DNA of 62,922 bases, counting the filler, from Chiloscyllium plagiosum (taxonomy: Eukaryota): assembly GCF_004010195.1 (NCBI RefSeq). It is 4 parts of one record of this genome, joined end to end, with 100 filler letters (N's around TTAATTAATTAA, not from the genome) between each part and the next. Parts side by side here need not be neighbours in the genome. Positions count along the whole stretch, not along the records: positions 1 to 31,704 come from NC_057712.1; 3 more parts are not named here. The stretch is one strand, 5' to 3'. The notes beneath the pieces were generated by a model. It had not been told where the DNA came from, did not search any database, and saw only the letters and a program-made list of their open reading frames with translations. Below are positions 10,050 to 21,010 of the stretch, piece by piece. Numbering within the stretch: the first letter of the stretch is position 1; the number at the start of each line of letters is the position of its first letter. The position numbers were made by a program, and so were the translations under genes.

Positions 10050-13000
10050 AGTTTTATTTCTGGGTCCAGTGCTTCTGTGTACCTTTCCCTTTAATATCTC
10101 TGCAGGGCCGGGTGTCCCCACTTATTACCATGTAGTATGGGGCAAAGCCTGGTTTGTCAGGCAATTCTCGTACCAGGACATGGCTTCCTGCTGCTCGGAC
10201 CTCAGGGGAGATTTTGAGTTCCCCTGCCTTGTCTTTTTTTGTCCTGTTTATCAATTACAGATTTCTGCATCCCTTTCAATTGGGCGCTTAACTCTATCAC
10301 ATATCACTGAATTGTGTCTTTTAGTGGACCCACAGCGGTGCCACCTGTGATTATTGACTCCGGCAATTGCATTGTTCACCTGGACATTAATTCATATGGT
10401 GTTAGCCCGGCTGCCTGATTCATGGTAGCTCTTAATTTCATTAGTCTGGCTGGCAGCACTTCAGCCCATGTTCTGCCTGAGGTTTGTATAGCCTTAGCTA
10501 AGGTATTTTTGAGCATTCTAATCATTCTCTCTACTATCCCTGAGCTCTGGGGGTGATAGAGAATGTGAAATTCTTGTTTAATGCCGAGTAATTGTCAGAC
10601 AGTCTTCATGATGACTTGTACAAGATGATTAGGGGTTTAGATAGGGTTGACCGTGAGAACCTTTTTCCACGTATGGAGTCAGCTATTACGAGGGTTCTAT
10701 GTTCTATGTTCTATGTTCTATGTTCTATGACCTTGCCTGTAAAATGTGTCCCTTGGTCGGAGTCAATCTGGAGGGGTACCCCTACCTCAGGATAACCTCC
10801 TCCGCTAATATTCTGGCTACAGTGGTCACAGTGCAGCTTTTGGTCAGGAATGCCTCTACCCACCAGGTGAATTGGTGGATGATAACCAGACAGTACGTTT
10901 TCTCACAGGAAGGTGCTAGGGGCCTTATAAAATCTATCTGAAGGTGACCATACAGGTCAGGGCTGGTGTCCCATTTTAACTTTTATGGGTCTCCCTGGGT
11001 TATGTTGTGCACAAAGCATGCATTTGTGGCAGTACATGGCCACCTCTCTTCCCATTCCCTTCCACCATCACTCTCTCCCAGGGCTTGCTATCATGGCTTC
11101 TCTACCAGTATGGGAGAGCCCGTGGTGCAGTTCAAGCAATGTGTTTTGTATACATGCTGGTGCTACCACCTTATCTGCTTGCCTCCAGACACCATCCTCC
11201 CCTTTGAATGCCCCCTGTAGTCTCCATTGCTCTCTGTCTTTGTGTGGGGTGTCCTCCTATAGCTGCTGAATTTGGATAGCATCTTTCACTAATTCAGTAG
11301 TGGCTATTGCAGCCTCCTCAATGCCTTCTTGTTCCAAGGTTTTCTGAGCTGCTCGGTCTGCTGCCTGGTTTCCTTTGAATTTTAGCCGACTTGGACTCTC
11401 TTTTCTGGCTCCTTTTGATGGGCTTTTATTTTTTTATTACTGCAGCCCCTTTTGGCTGATCACTGGCACGCAATAGTGCCTGAATTCTTAATTGGTGTCT
11501 GATAGGGGCTCCCCCCGCGGTGTGAACCCTCTTCTACCCCATGCCACCATGTAATCATGGGCTACACTAAAGGCGTATTGACTGGCTGTATATATTTTCA
11601 CAATTGTTCCTTTTGCTAGTTCCAGTGCTTTGGTGAGTGCTACCAGTTCTGCTGTCTGTGCGGACTGACTTCCATCAATCCTTCCAGACATAACTGTTTA
11701 TAACTTATCATTTGCCATAGCCCATCCTGTTCAGGGCGACCCTGCTACTTAAATTCGTGAGGGTCTTCTCAGCTGTGTCTAGGAGGGTATCCTTTACTCT
11801 TCCCCTGTCTTCATCCCCATCTATACCCCCACAGTTGTGCAGTTCCCCTACGTCTAGAATTCCCTCAGTTGGGTTTTCTCCTGTATCTCTAACTATTACC
11901 ACGGACTGACTTGAAGGTAAAAGAACTGCCTCCCACTTTGCCCTTCTCATATTGGAGACGGCCCTCAGTTTCCTTATGTTTAGCGACTCTACTAGGGCGT
12001 GTTTAATGTGGATCAGCTTAGCTAATTTTGCAAACTCGGATATAAAACTCTGACTGTAGTTGAACCGCCCCAAGACCTTTCTGACTCCCCTGACAGTGGC
12101 AGGTCGTGGCATCTGTTGGATTGCCTTTGTGTAGTCATTGGGCATTTCTTGGAGTCCCTGGGATATAAGGTGTCCCGGGTATAAGACTTGCATTTTGTCA
12201 ATTTGTGCCTTTGTGGGCTAACTTTTAACCCTGCAGTTGCCAATTCCTGTAATACTAGATATAAAGTTTCCTGGTGTCCTGACTCAGACTCTTGAGGCAA
12301 ATAGGCAATCATCTACATATTGGAGGGCAGTGCTCCCTCTGGTAAATCTACTCTCTTTAGAATGTCGCTCATCACTCTGTGAAAAATAGTGGGGCTGTTG
12401 TGGAACCCTTGTGGCAGTATCCTGCCTGTTCCTTACTGTAAAAACAAATTTGTTCTGGCACTCAGGGTGTAACAGGATGGACCAGAAACCATTGGCTATA
12501 CCTAAAACGGTAGAAATCTTGTGTTTAGGGTCAAGCCATTTAAAATGGTGGAGGGGAATGCTACAATGGGGTGCAATTTGGAGGTGACCTTACTTAATCC
12601 CACATAATCAGTGTAGCTCTCATCTGGCTTTATTACTGGCCAGGTCAGGGAATTAATTGTACTTGTGGTTGATGTCAGGATTCCCTGTTTCACTCGTCCT
12701 TTCACTATCTCCACGACTGCTTTCTCCGCTTCGGGTTTTATTGGGTATTGCCGGTGGGGCTTATGCTCCGGTCTGGGAACCCTTATCGGGTCTATGTTAA
12801 CTAGACCTGTATCTAACTTTGTTACCGCCCATGCTCCAGGGACAGAGGTGCAGATGGCTCCGAATCCCCCCTTTTCGAGATTCCAGTCCCTACTGTGACT
12901 ATATCCATTTTAATAGTTTCAAGGTGACTTGTAAGTTTCCCAATCTTGGTCTTTCAACTGTCCTGTCTGGGCCAAATTAATTTCCCTTTTGCACAATCGA

Positions 13001-13290
13001 TTAGAACATTATATTCTCCCATGAGATCAGTGCCCGTTATGGTACCCTCGTTATTTTCCATGCATGGAATTTCATGGGGATATATATATTGTTTATTTCT
13101 ACAAGAGTAGTTTCGCTTAGGTAAGCTGGTGTTTTATCCCCTCCTACCCCAGTTAAGAGAATCATTTTATTTGTATTGGGTAAGGGTAACTTTGTAATGG
13201 ATACAGCCGCTCCTGTGTCTACTAGCATTTCACATTTCATCCCTCCTATTACTGCGGGCATGGAAATTCTCCCTTCTCCCTTACCCTCAC
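10050..13290 (-). pseudogene. pol: ERV pro-pol (protease, RT, tether, RNase H, integrase), disrupted
   Basis: MLVDTGAAVS; QYPIKPEA; NSLTWPVIKPD; LPQGFHNSPTIFH (~12380-12417); LQYVDD (~12308-12325); SAQTAELVAL; GNQAADRAA; H..WWWKGM..CHKCMLC; HLQIDF; IDSDQGTHFTG; YHPQSSGIVER. Confidence 0.92.
10612..10730 (+). mobile_element. Short CR1 3' fragment with (GTTCTAT)n tail inserted in the ERV integrase
   Basis: YKMIRGLDRVDRENLFP plus a 7-mer tandem tail; flanked by atga duplication; removal restores the integrase reading FTGKV-MKTV. Confidence 0.8.
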
Positions 13291-14450
13291 GAATGGAGGC
13301 AGCTGGTTGTCAGCTCTGCTGACCTCAGGATCCCCGCAGTTCTGCGATGTTCCAGGTGGTGTGCCATGCTTTTCCCAGCACACTGCTTCTATGTGTCCAA
13401 TTCTGTTGCAGTGGCTGCAGTATTTTACATTGTTCCCTGCTCTAACTCTTGTATTCTGTCCTCCAGCTCTTAAATTTGTTCCTGGACCTTTCTCTACCTA
13501 CTCGTGGAGGCACTCACTTGTTCAATTACCCTACCTTTTTAGTTTTATTCCGTTTCTGTTTATCTGTCCACTCTCTGTTGTGCTAATGTCTGTAATGAAT
13601 CCCAACCACTTTTCTTCATTTGCTCTGTCAACCCTTGTCTGTCTGTCTTGTATTTCTCAACAAGGGAACCTGCAGTATCTCCTTTAAAACTGTGATCTGC
13701 CATTTAGCAGATTGTGTACCCCTGGATACCACTAACAGTAAAGCCTTCCTACCCAGTGGAGACTTCTCTACCCCCTGGCCAATAATACTGTCCCAGCACC
13801 ATCCGTACGGCTGTAGTGGCCTCCTAGCAAGGTGTGCTCTCTACTGGTAGGACTTCTCTACCCTTCTGGCCACCACTATTAGTCGGTACCTACCAGTCAG
13901 GCTGGGAATGCTGGCTCATTAGGGTGTTCTCTCTACCGGGACTCCTCTACCCTCCCAGCCACCTCTACTGACCCAACACCTCCCTATAGGCCCAGAAGCC
14001 TACCTCGAGCCCGGTGTGTTCTCTACTGGTGGGACTCTTTATCCTCCTGGTCACCACCACTATTCAAGCTCTGTCGCTCTACTACGGACTGACAAGGTAT
14101 CATGGTTACTCACAGTGTCCATGCTTCCCATCTTGATAACATGCGCTCCACTGAGGTTTGGCTCTTGGTCAGAGCGATCAGCTCCTCTTCCTCACCACAT
14201 TGGAAATTACAAGTACAAACAGCACCTAACTTTTAACTTAAATTCTAACTGGACGCTGCATTGTTCGGCCCGACAGGGTCCAATGTTACCTGACTTTGTC
14301 ACTTGTGCTTCACAACTCCTAGTGTCCTTGGCACCTCAATTCCCACTTCACATCCCAACCTTCGCATGGAGGTGGGGGCTACCCCTCTTAACAACAGGTT
14401 TAGGGCAGGGCGTTTGAGAAAGGCACAACCTTGTCCTCAGGCCGTTTCAG
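13290..14450 (-). pseudogene. gag: ERV gag remnant
   Basis: Zinc knuckle YCSHCNRIGHIEAVCW (CX2CX4HX4C) at ~13375-13422, directly upstream of the protease; 5' boundary approximate. Confidence 0.75.
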
Positions 14451-14670
14451 CACAAGCAGCAGATTTTTACAGCAGTTAATACAGTTAGACACTTATTCTC
14501 CACTTATTTTCTAGTATTTAACTCAGTACTGTAGCAAATTAGACATTACAATCGGTATACCTTTTAAATCGTGTCTTTGGCCCGGTCTGACTCTTCCCGT
14601 TTGCAGGTACAAATTGGTTCTTACCCCAGCTCCCCGATCGTGGCCTTCGACCAGGGCACCAGTAATAAGA

Positions 14671-14688
14671 ACCCTGCTAACAGCGCCA
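14671..14688 (-). promoter_or_regulatory. Primer binding site, tRNA-Ser-like
   Basis: TGGCGCTGTTAGCAGGGT, 2 nt after the LTR end (...acaaca); close to the complement of the tRNA-Ser(CGA) 3' end TGGCGCTGTGAGCAGG. Confidence 0.8.
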
Positions 14689-14690
14689 AT

Positions 14691-15135
14691 TGTTGTGGGG
14701 AAAATCAGCAGCCTCGGAGTCAGAATCGGGGTTCAGTGTCAGAGTTTATTGTACAAGGAAATACCAGAACTCCGGAAAGAGAAAGACATCAACAGCTCAG
14801 TGGTCAGCTACAAATCTTCTCTCAACCCGGAGCACATGTCAAAACACGTTTTGTAATACAATAGGTCAGTGACGAGTTTATTGTCATTGTAACAAGACTT
14901 GTTTATTGTAAACATTGCAGAATCGTTGATAGTTTTGCTGCAGTCATTGTCAGTTTCAGCGCAGCCTTTGTTAATTTCAGCCTGGTCGTTGTCAGTTTCA
15001 GCGCAGACATTGTCAGTTTCAACGTCTGTGTGGAAGTCCTTTGCTGTAGTAATGGGCACTAATTGCTCTTCCTGAAAGGGAAGATTACACCAGCCCTGGC
15101 TATTAGCACTTTGTATTGAGTCTGTATCTGTATCA
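14691..15135 (-). repeat. ERV 5' LTR
   Basis: TG...CA termini, AATAAA motifs on the minus strand, internal ttgtcagtttcagcgcag repeats, homologous to 7933-8152. Confidence 0.8.
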
Positions 15136-16280
15136 ACTGAAATGATAATTTACAAGTGAAGCATGTTTAACAGAATGACAGATTTAATTGTGTTTGACCT
15201 CACCACTGTATTATGATCTTTTTGTAAATTTCAGCCTGTCTTTCTTCATTTGCTTGGATTTCTTCTACTACCTAACCTAACATCAAGATGACCAACTGCC
15301 CCATGTCTGAAGCAATTGTCTTTTGTTTTTACTGTGTGTTCTTCACCCTTTATGCAGCATTGTATCCATTGTTTCCAGGACAGCCTATGGAGATTTGGCC
15401 TGGGAATCCCCTCATGTCTTTTGGCTCTTCCGTTTTGTTTTGGGAGGATGAGCATTGTGATTGTCTTCCACCAGTGACCAGAACACACACACGTGCCCCC
15501 AGTTTGAAGGTTACAAATATGGCATTCCCCTGCCCCATTCACTGTCATATCACTAGCCCATACAAGCATGACTATAAATAGCTGTATCTTTTGTTATGAA
15601 GGTGTAAGGGGTATTGTACCTTTAAGAGAGTTGAAGGGCTTAGCAAGCACATAGAGTGCTGGAGAATTTACAATGTAACATTTGGTTCAGCAGCAAGCAA
15701 TACCTGGGTTACTATGAGACAAAAACAAATTCAAATTTGGCTAATCAGTTTAAATTATGCCTCAAGATACTAAACTCCAATCAAGTTTGAATTTGGTATT
15801 TTGACAATATTGAAACCAATTAAACAATCCGATGCTTTGGGATATAAGACCAGGAAAAAATGAACAGTTGGGAGAGAACTGCTAAGCCACCAACATATGC
15901 AGACTGCCTGCAGAATAGCTCTCTTAAAGGTACGTTTATCTGTGAAACAGAAACCCTAAGAGGAAGGTACAAAGAGAAGATTCGACAGCTGGCTGGTTTT
16001 GAAATTTGAATTTGAATTTAAATCTTAATCAGGGGTTTTATCGGACCAGTATTGTAGAAGGGAAAGAATAAAATAGGTTAGAGGAAGGAGTTGTAAATAG
16101 TTGTTAGTTAATTATTATCCATTAGACTTTAAAAAAAATAAAGTTTTTAATTTTTACTTTGAATAGTGACCTTTTGGATGTTCTTGACCTCTTGACCTTT
16201 CACAGATTACAGCATGGGGTGAATCTTTTCTGTGTGTCAGGTTTAAATTAGCGGAGGGGTTTACCCCGTGTCGCCACAAT

Positions 16281-16298
16281 TTGAGAGCTCGTCCAGGA
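16281..16298 (+). promoter_or_regulatory. Primer binding site, tRNA-Pro-like
   Basis: ttgagagctcgtccaggatttgaac resembles TGGGGGCTCGTCCGGGATTTGAAC, directly after the 5' LTR. Confidence 0.75.
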
Positions 16299-16459
16299 TT
16301 TGAACTGGTTGAGTCAGATTTGAATAGATTTGAGGGTACAGGAAATCCCAGCAAATTTAAACACTTGCAGGTTTGTGTCCTAGATCTTTAAATAAAACAT
16401 AGGTGAGACAATTTGTTTAACTTTGGTGACTTGTGGTTGACTAAATTAGAAGTGAGAGA

Positions 16460-18080
16460 AGTGGCTCTTAAAATTGCTAAAGAGGTTCTGGGGTTTGAAG
16501 ACGATTCTCAAATTTGTCAACACAGTTTAGAAAGAAAAAAAAAGCCATACTTTTAGAATTAGCAAAGAAGTTAGATTTGGGTTTAACCAAGGACAGAGGT
16601 GAAGCTGAAATTGAAAAACTTCAATTATAATTGAGGAGAATGGAGTTAGAAGATAAACAAAGAGAAAGAGAGGGGAGAGAGAGAAGAGAGAGAGGAAAAA
16701 GAGAGACAGAGAGGAAAAAGTCAGAGAGTAAAGGTTCTTAGCTAGCAAAGAGAGAAGGAAGAAAGGGAGAGAGAAAGAGAGAGAGACGAAAGGGAGAGAG
16801 AAAGAGAGGGAATAAAGGGAGAGATAAGAGAGAGAATTAGAACTTGAGAAGTTGCGACTTAGCAAAGTCAAGTTAAGAAGATGAAGATTAAAAGAGAAGG
16901 TAGTGATGTCTGAAAATATGTCAAAATTCTGCCACATTTTGATGAGAAAGGTGTTGAAGTCTTCTTTATTTCATTTAAAAAACGGGCTAGGCAGATGGCA
17001 TGGTCTGAGGATCTTGGGGAGTGCTAGTTCAGACGAAACTGGTAGGTAGAGCTAATGAGATATTTGCCATGCTGTCAGATGAGGTGTCAAGAGATTATGA
17101 AGAAGTTAAGCAGGCTATTTAAAGTGCTTATGAATTGGTATCTGAAGCACATAGACAGTGGTTCAGAAACATGAAGAAGGGACCAGGTCAGACTTATATT
17201 GAGTTTGAAAGAACTAAACATAGTCATTTTGATAGATGGGTGCGTGCTTTAAAAATAGATAGGACCTTTGAGGCTCTATGAGAGATTATTCTGCTGGAGG
17301 AGTTCAAACACTCACTTCCAGAGATAGTAATAATTCATGTGGAGGAACAGAAAGTTCAGGAAGTGAGAAGGGCAGCAGAATTAGCAGATGAATACATGTT
17401 GGTGCATAAGACCAGCTTCCGGCCAGAATTTTATCCTGTGAGGGATAGAAGTTGGGAGAAGGGGAGATCCTATACTATGAAACAAAGAGTGGAGAACACT
17501 GGTAAGAGTTTACCATGGGTTAAAAAAGAAGCCCAAGAGGATGGACAGGAGGTGGAAGGCTTCAGGTGTTTCCACTGTGGTAAAGTGCGACACGTAAAGT
17601 CACAGTGCAGGTTGTTAAAGGAAGGCACTGTGGGAAAAGATGTGGGAAAAGAAGCTAAGTCAGTGGCATTACTGGAGGTAGTAAAGGAGACCCCAAGAAG
17701 AGCCGAGGAGCTGCAGGAGAGGGCACAGCCTCGGCAGGGACTGGGTATGGAGTTAGTACCTGATCTCTACAAAGAGTTCACCACCCTGGGTAAAGTTTAC
17801 TCAAAAAGAACAGGGAGAGAAGGACAAGAAGTTATAATTTTGAGAGATACATGGTCTAACCAATTGCTGATAGTAAGAGATGAGTGAATATGCATTCTTT
17901 CTGATCTGTTACTCGAGAGAGTGGTAATTTGTGGGATAGATGGACAGAAATTTAGTGTTCCCCTATGTAAGGTCAAGTTGGAGTGCCACCTCAAGACTGG
18001 GGAAGTTACAGTGGGACTGATTGACTGAGTGTGAGATCCAGGAATTCAGTTTGTTCTTGGGAATGATTTCGCAGGATCCA
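16460..18080 (+). pseudogene. Gypsy gag (E/R/K-rich coil, SCAN-like capsid domain, CCHC) and protease
   Basis: EIILLEEFKHSLPE...RAAELADEY; CFHCGKVRHVKSQC; ILRDTWS (degenerate DTG motif). Confidence 0.8.
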
Positions 18081-18329
18081 AGGTGGGAGTGACACCCCTT
18101 GTTGTGGAGAAGCCCAAGGAAGACCAAGAAACTGAGGAGTTAAAACAGAAATATCCTGATATTTTCCCAGACTGTGTAGTGACCAGATCCCACTGGTCAC
18201 GGCACAAAGCAAAAACTAAAGAGAAAGATGAAAGAATTGAGGTTCAGTTAGCGGACACCCTGTTTGAGGTAATGGTGCAGTTAAAACCTGAACAGGCAGA
18301 CGGTCAGACAGAAGTGTCTGGTCCTGAAA

Positions 18330-19160
18330 GGCTAAGGGACTTGCAACAGCAAGACAAAATGATAAGAGATATATATATGTGGATGCGTACTCCGAGATGG
18401 AGGCAGACAATATTCCGGAGGGTTATTATCTGAAAGATAGAATTCTAAGACGGAAATGGAGACCACGGTAGATTAGTGCAGAGGAGAAATGGGCCGAAGT
18501 GCACCAGATTGTGTTGCCGGTAGCATACAGACAGGAGGTGATATGGGTAGCACATGAACTACCTGTAAGAGGTCACCTACGGGTACAAAAGACTCAGGCT
18601 AAGGTACAAAAACATTTCTACTGGCCTGGAATGCACAAGGATGTGGTGAACTTTGAGCATACTGTCGGGATTACCCGAATGATTGGGATAAAGGTAACCC
18701 ACTTGTTTTGTTTGCCGTTAGAGATGCCCCAAACAAATCTATTCAGTTCACTCCCTTTGAGTTAATATTAGGTCATTAAGTGAGAGGCCCTTTGAAATAA
18801 ATTAAAGAAAAATTGACAGGACCAAAGTCGGAGATCTCACACTTAGATTATGTATTGGAGGTGAGGGAGAGACTAAATAAAGTAGGTGAGTTAGCTAAAC
18901 AGCACCCAACGAGGGGACAGTGTAGAATGAAGCAGGTGGCAGATAAACGCTCTGAGACTCTGATGTTTTCCCAAAGGGTTGATGTGTTCCCAAAGGGTTG
19001 ATGTGTTACTATTGTTACCAGTGATAGGAGAGCCAGGTTTAATGGTCCCTATCAAATTGAGAAAAAGTTGAGTCAGGTAAACTATCTAGTAAAGATGCCA
19101 GATAGGAAAAAAAAGGTATCGGGTATGTCGTGTGAACATGTTGAAACCGTATTATACTGG
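18330..19160 (+). pseudogene. Gypsy integrase with catalytic core deleted
   Basis: AHELPVRGHLRVQKTQAKVQKHFYWPGMHKDV joined at ~18655 directly to DWDKG..FTPFELILGH and the GPY region. Confidence 0.75.
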
Positions 19161-19329
19161 AGAGAAAGAACTGGAGAAACAGGTGTTGGTTACTGTCCTG
19201 CAGACTGAGGAATCAAATCCAGATGATGTGGATTTTGATGTGCCTCAAAATAAATGTTAAAATGAAGGCGTTCTTGAGGTGTGGGATAGGTTAGTAAGCT
19301 ATGTCTCATGAGCATAGGATGCAGTTAAA

Positions 19330-20648
19330 AGATTTGTTATTGCAGTATAAGGACATATGTAAGAATCAGATGGGGAGGATTAATGCTATTGCACATGAAG
19401 TAGACATAGGGAATACTGCTTTGATAAAACAACACCCCTATTTGCTTAATCTTTTCAAAGCCAGACAGATTTAGAAGGAGGTGGAGACCATGCTCGGTGA
19501 GGATATCATCGAACCAAGCCAGAGCAAGTGGAGTTCACTGATCATCTTAGTTCCCAATTGGACAGGACTCAATGATTTTGCATGGATTATCGGAAGGTCA
19601 ACACCATTACAAAATCAGACTCATATCCAATTCCTAGATTGGAGGCTTGTGTCAAGAAAGTCTGACCAAACAGTTACATCACCAAGGGTTGGACTTACTG
19701 CGTGGTTACTAGCCAGTACCTTTACCAAGATGGCAAAAGAAATTTCTGCATTTGTAACCCCAGGTGGGCTATATCAGTTTAAAGTGATGCCCTTTGGAAT
19801 GAAGGACGCAATTGCCACATTCCAAAGACTCATGAACAGATTGGTGGCTGTGTTAACAAACTGTGCAGTCAACTTGGATGATGTAGTGATCTTTACTAAG
19901 TCCTGGAAAGATCACATGGTACAGTTGGCAGGGCCCTTTGAACAACCATGAGAAGCAAAACTGGTAATAAACTTAATCAAAACTGAATTCGCGAAAGCAG
20001 AAGAGACTTTCTTGGGACATAACATCGGTCATGGAAGGCTGACGCCATAGAACACAAAGACAAAGGCTATCAAGGAATTTCCATGACCAGCCTCGAAGAA
20101 CGAGTTGCTTGAATCCTTAGGACTCAGTGGATTCTATCGGAAGATTGTTCCAACCTTCAGCAATGTAGTGGCACCGTAGGTTTCGGTGGACAGAACAATA
20201 CCAGGAGGCAATCGACCATTTGAAAGCAATATTAACCACTGCACCAGTTTTAGCTGCACCAAATCTTTCAAAACCTTTTAAAGTCACCATCGATGCTAGT
20301 GACATAGGTGTTGGAGCTGTACTGCTCCAGGAAGATGAGGATGGGATTGAATTGCCAGTTGGTTACTTTTCAAAGAAACTCAACATCCAGCAGAGAAAAT
20401 ACTCCATGATCGATAAAGAACTATTGAGTTTGGTACTGGCCCTACAATATTTTAATGTGTATGTCACGAACAATGTGTTGGATGTGGTTGTGTATACGGA
20501 TCACAATCCTCTTACCTTCTTAGAACGCTTTAAAGACAAGAATATGAGACTATTTCATTGGAGTCTTATGTTACAGACTTTTAATTTAAAAATCATACAT
20601 ATAGCAGATCGTAAGAATGTAATCACAGATGTGTTATCACAGACTTAA
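19330..20648 (+). pseudogene. Gypsy RT and RNase H
   Basis: AFVTPGGLYQFKVMPFGM..NLDDVVIF; IDASDIGVGAVLLQ..YTDHNPL. Confidence 0.9.
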
Positions 20649-20925
20649 CTGATAAAGTTTAGATGATATTTGTATTTATCCAATGTTGTGTATAAAAATA
20701 GGAAGAAGTTAAGATGAACTTAGATTAAAGTTATCTGTATGTTATGGTAATGTGTTTAAGGAATAGAAAAAAAAGCCATATTTTCATTATGATGGGGGAG
20801 GTGTTATGAAGGTGTAAGGGGTATTGTACCTTTAAGAGAGTTGAAGGACATAGAAAGCATACAGAGTGCTGGAGAATTTACAAAGTAACATTTGATCCAG
20901 CAGCTACCAGTATCTGGGTTACTGT

Positions 20926-21010
20926 GAGTCATAGAGTCATAGAGATGTACAGCATAGTAACAGACCCTTCAGTCCAACCTGTCCATGCCAACCAGATATC
21001 CCAATCTAAA
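20926..21010 (-). mobile_element. CR1 3' tail fragment inserted in the 3' LTR only
   Basis: gagtcatagagtcatagagatgtacagc...; absent from the equivalent 5' LTR site (actatgagacaaaaac). Confidence 0.85.

Larger units (their letters stand above)
7933..15135 (-). mobile_element. Decayed endogenous retrovirus (LTR-gag-pro-pol-env-LTR), class III/spuma-related pol
   Basis: Paired LTR homology at 7933-8152 and 14845-15135; PBS; CCHC knuckle; DTGA protease; YVDD RT; RNase H; integrase; Env TM with ISD. Many stops and frameshifts. Confidence 0.92.

Noticed and set aside
7933..15135. Endogenous foamy virus or filovirus EVE
   Set aside because: CCHC gag, Ser PBS and ISD-type env are not foamy features; the GP2-like segment sits in the normal env position of a provirus with no filoviral NP/VP35/L sequence seen
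16527..16937. Hydrophobic minus-strand ORF resembling a membrane protein
   Set aside because: Antisense of the AG-rich coiled-coil part of the Gypsy gag
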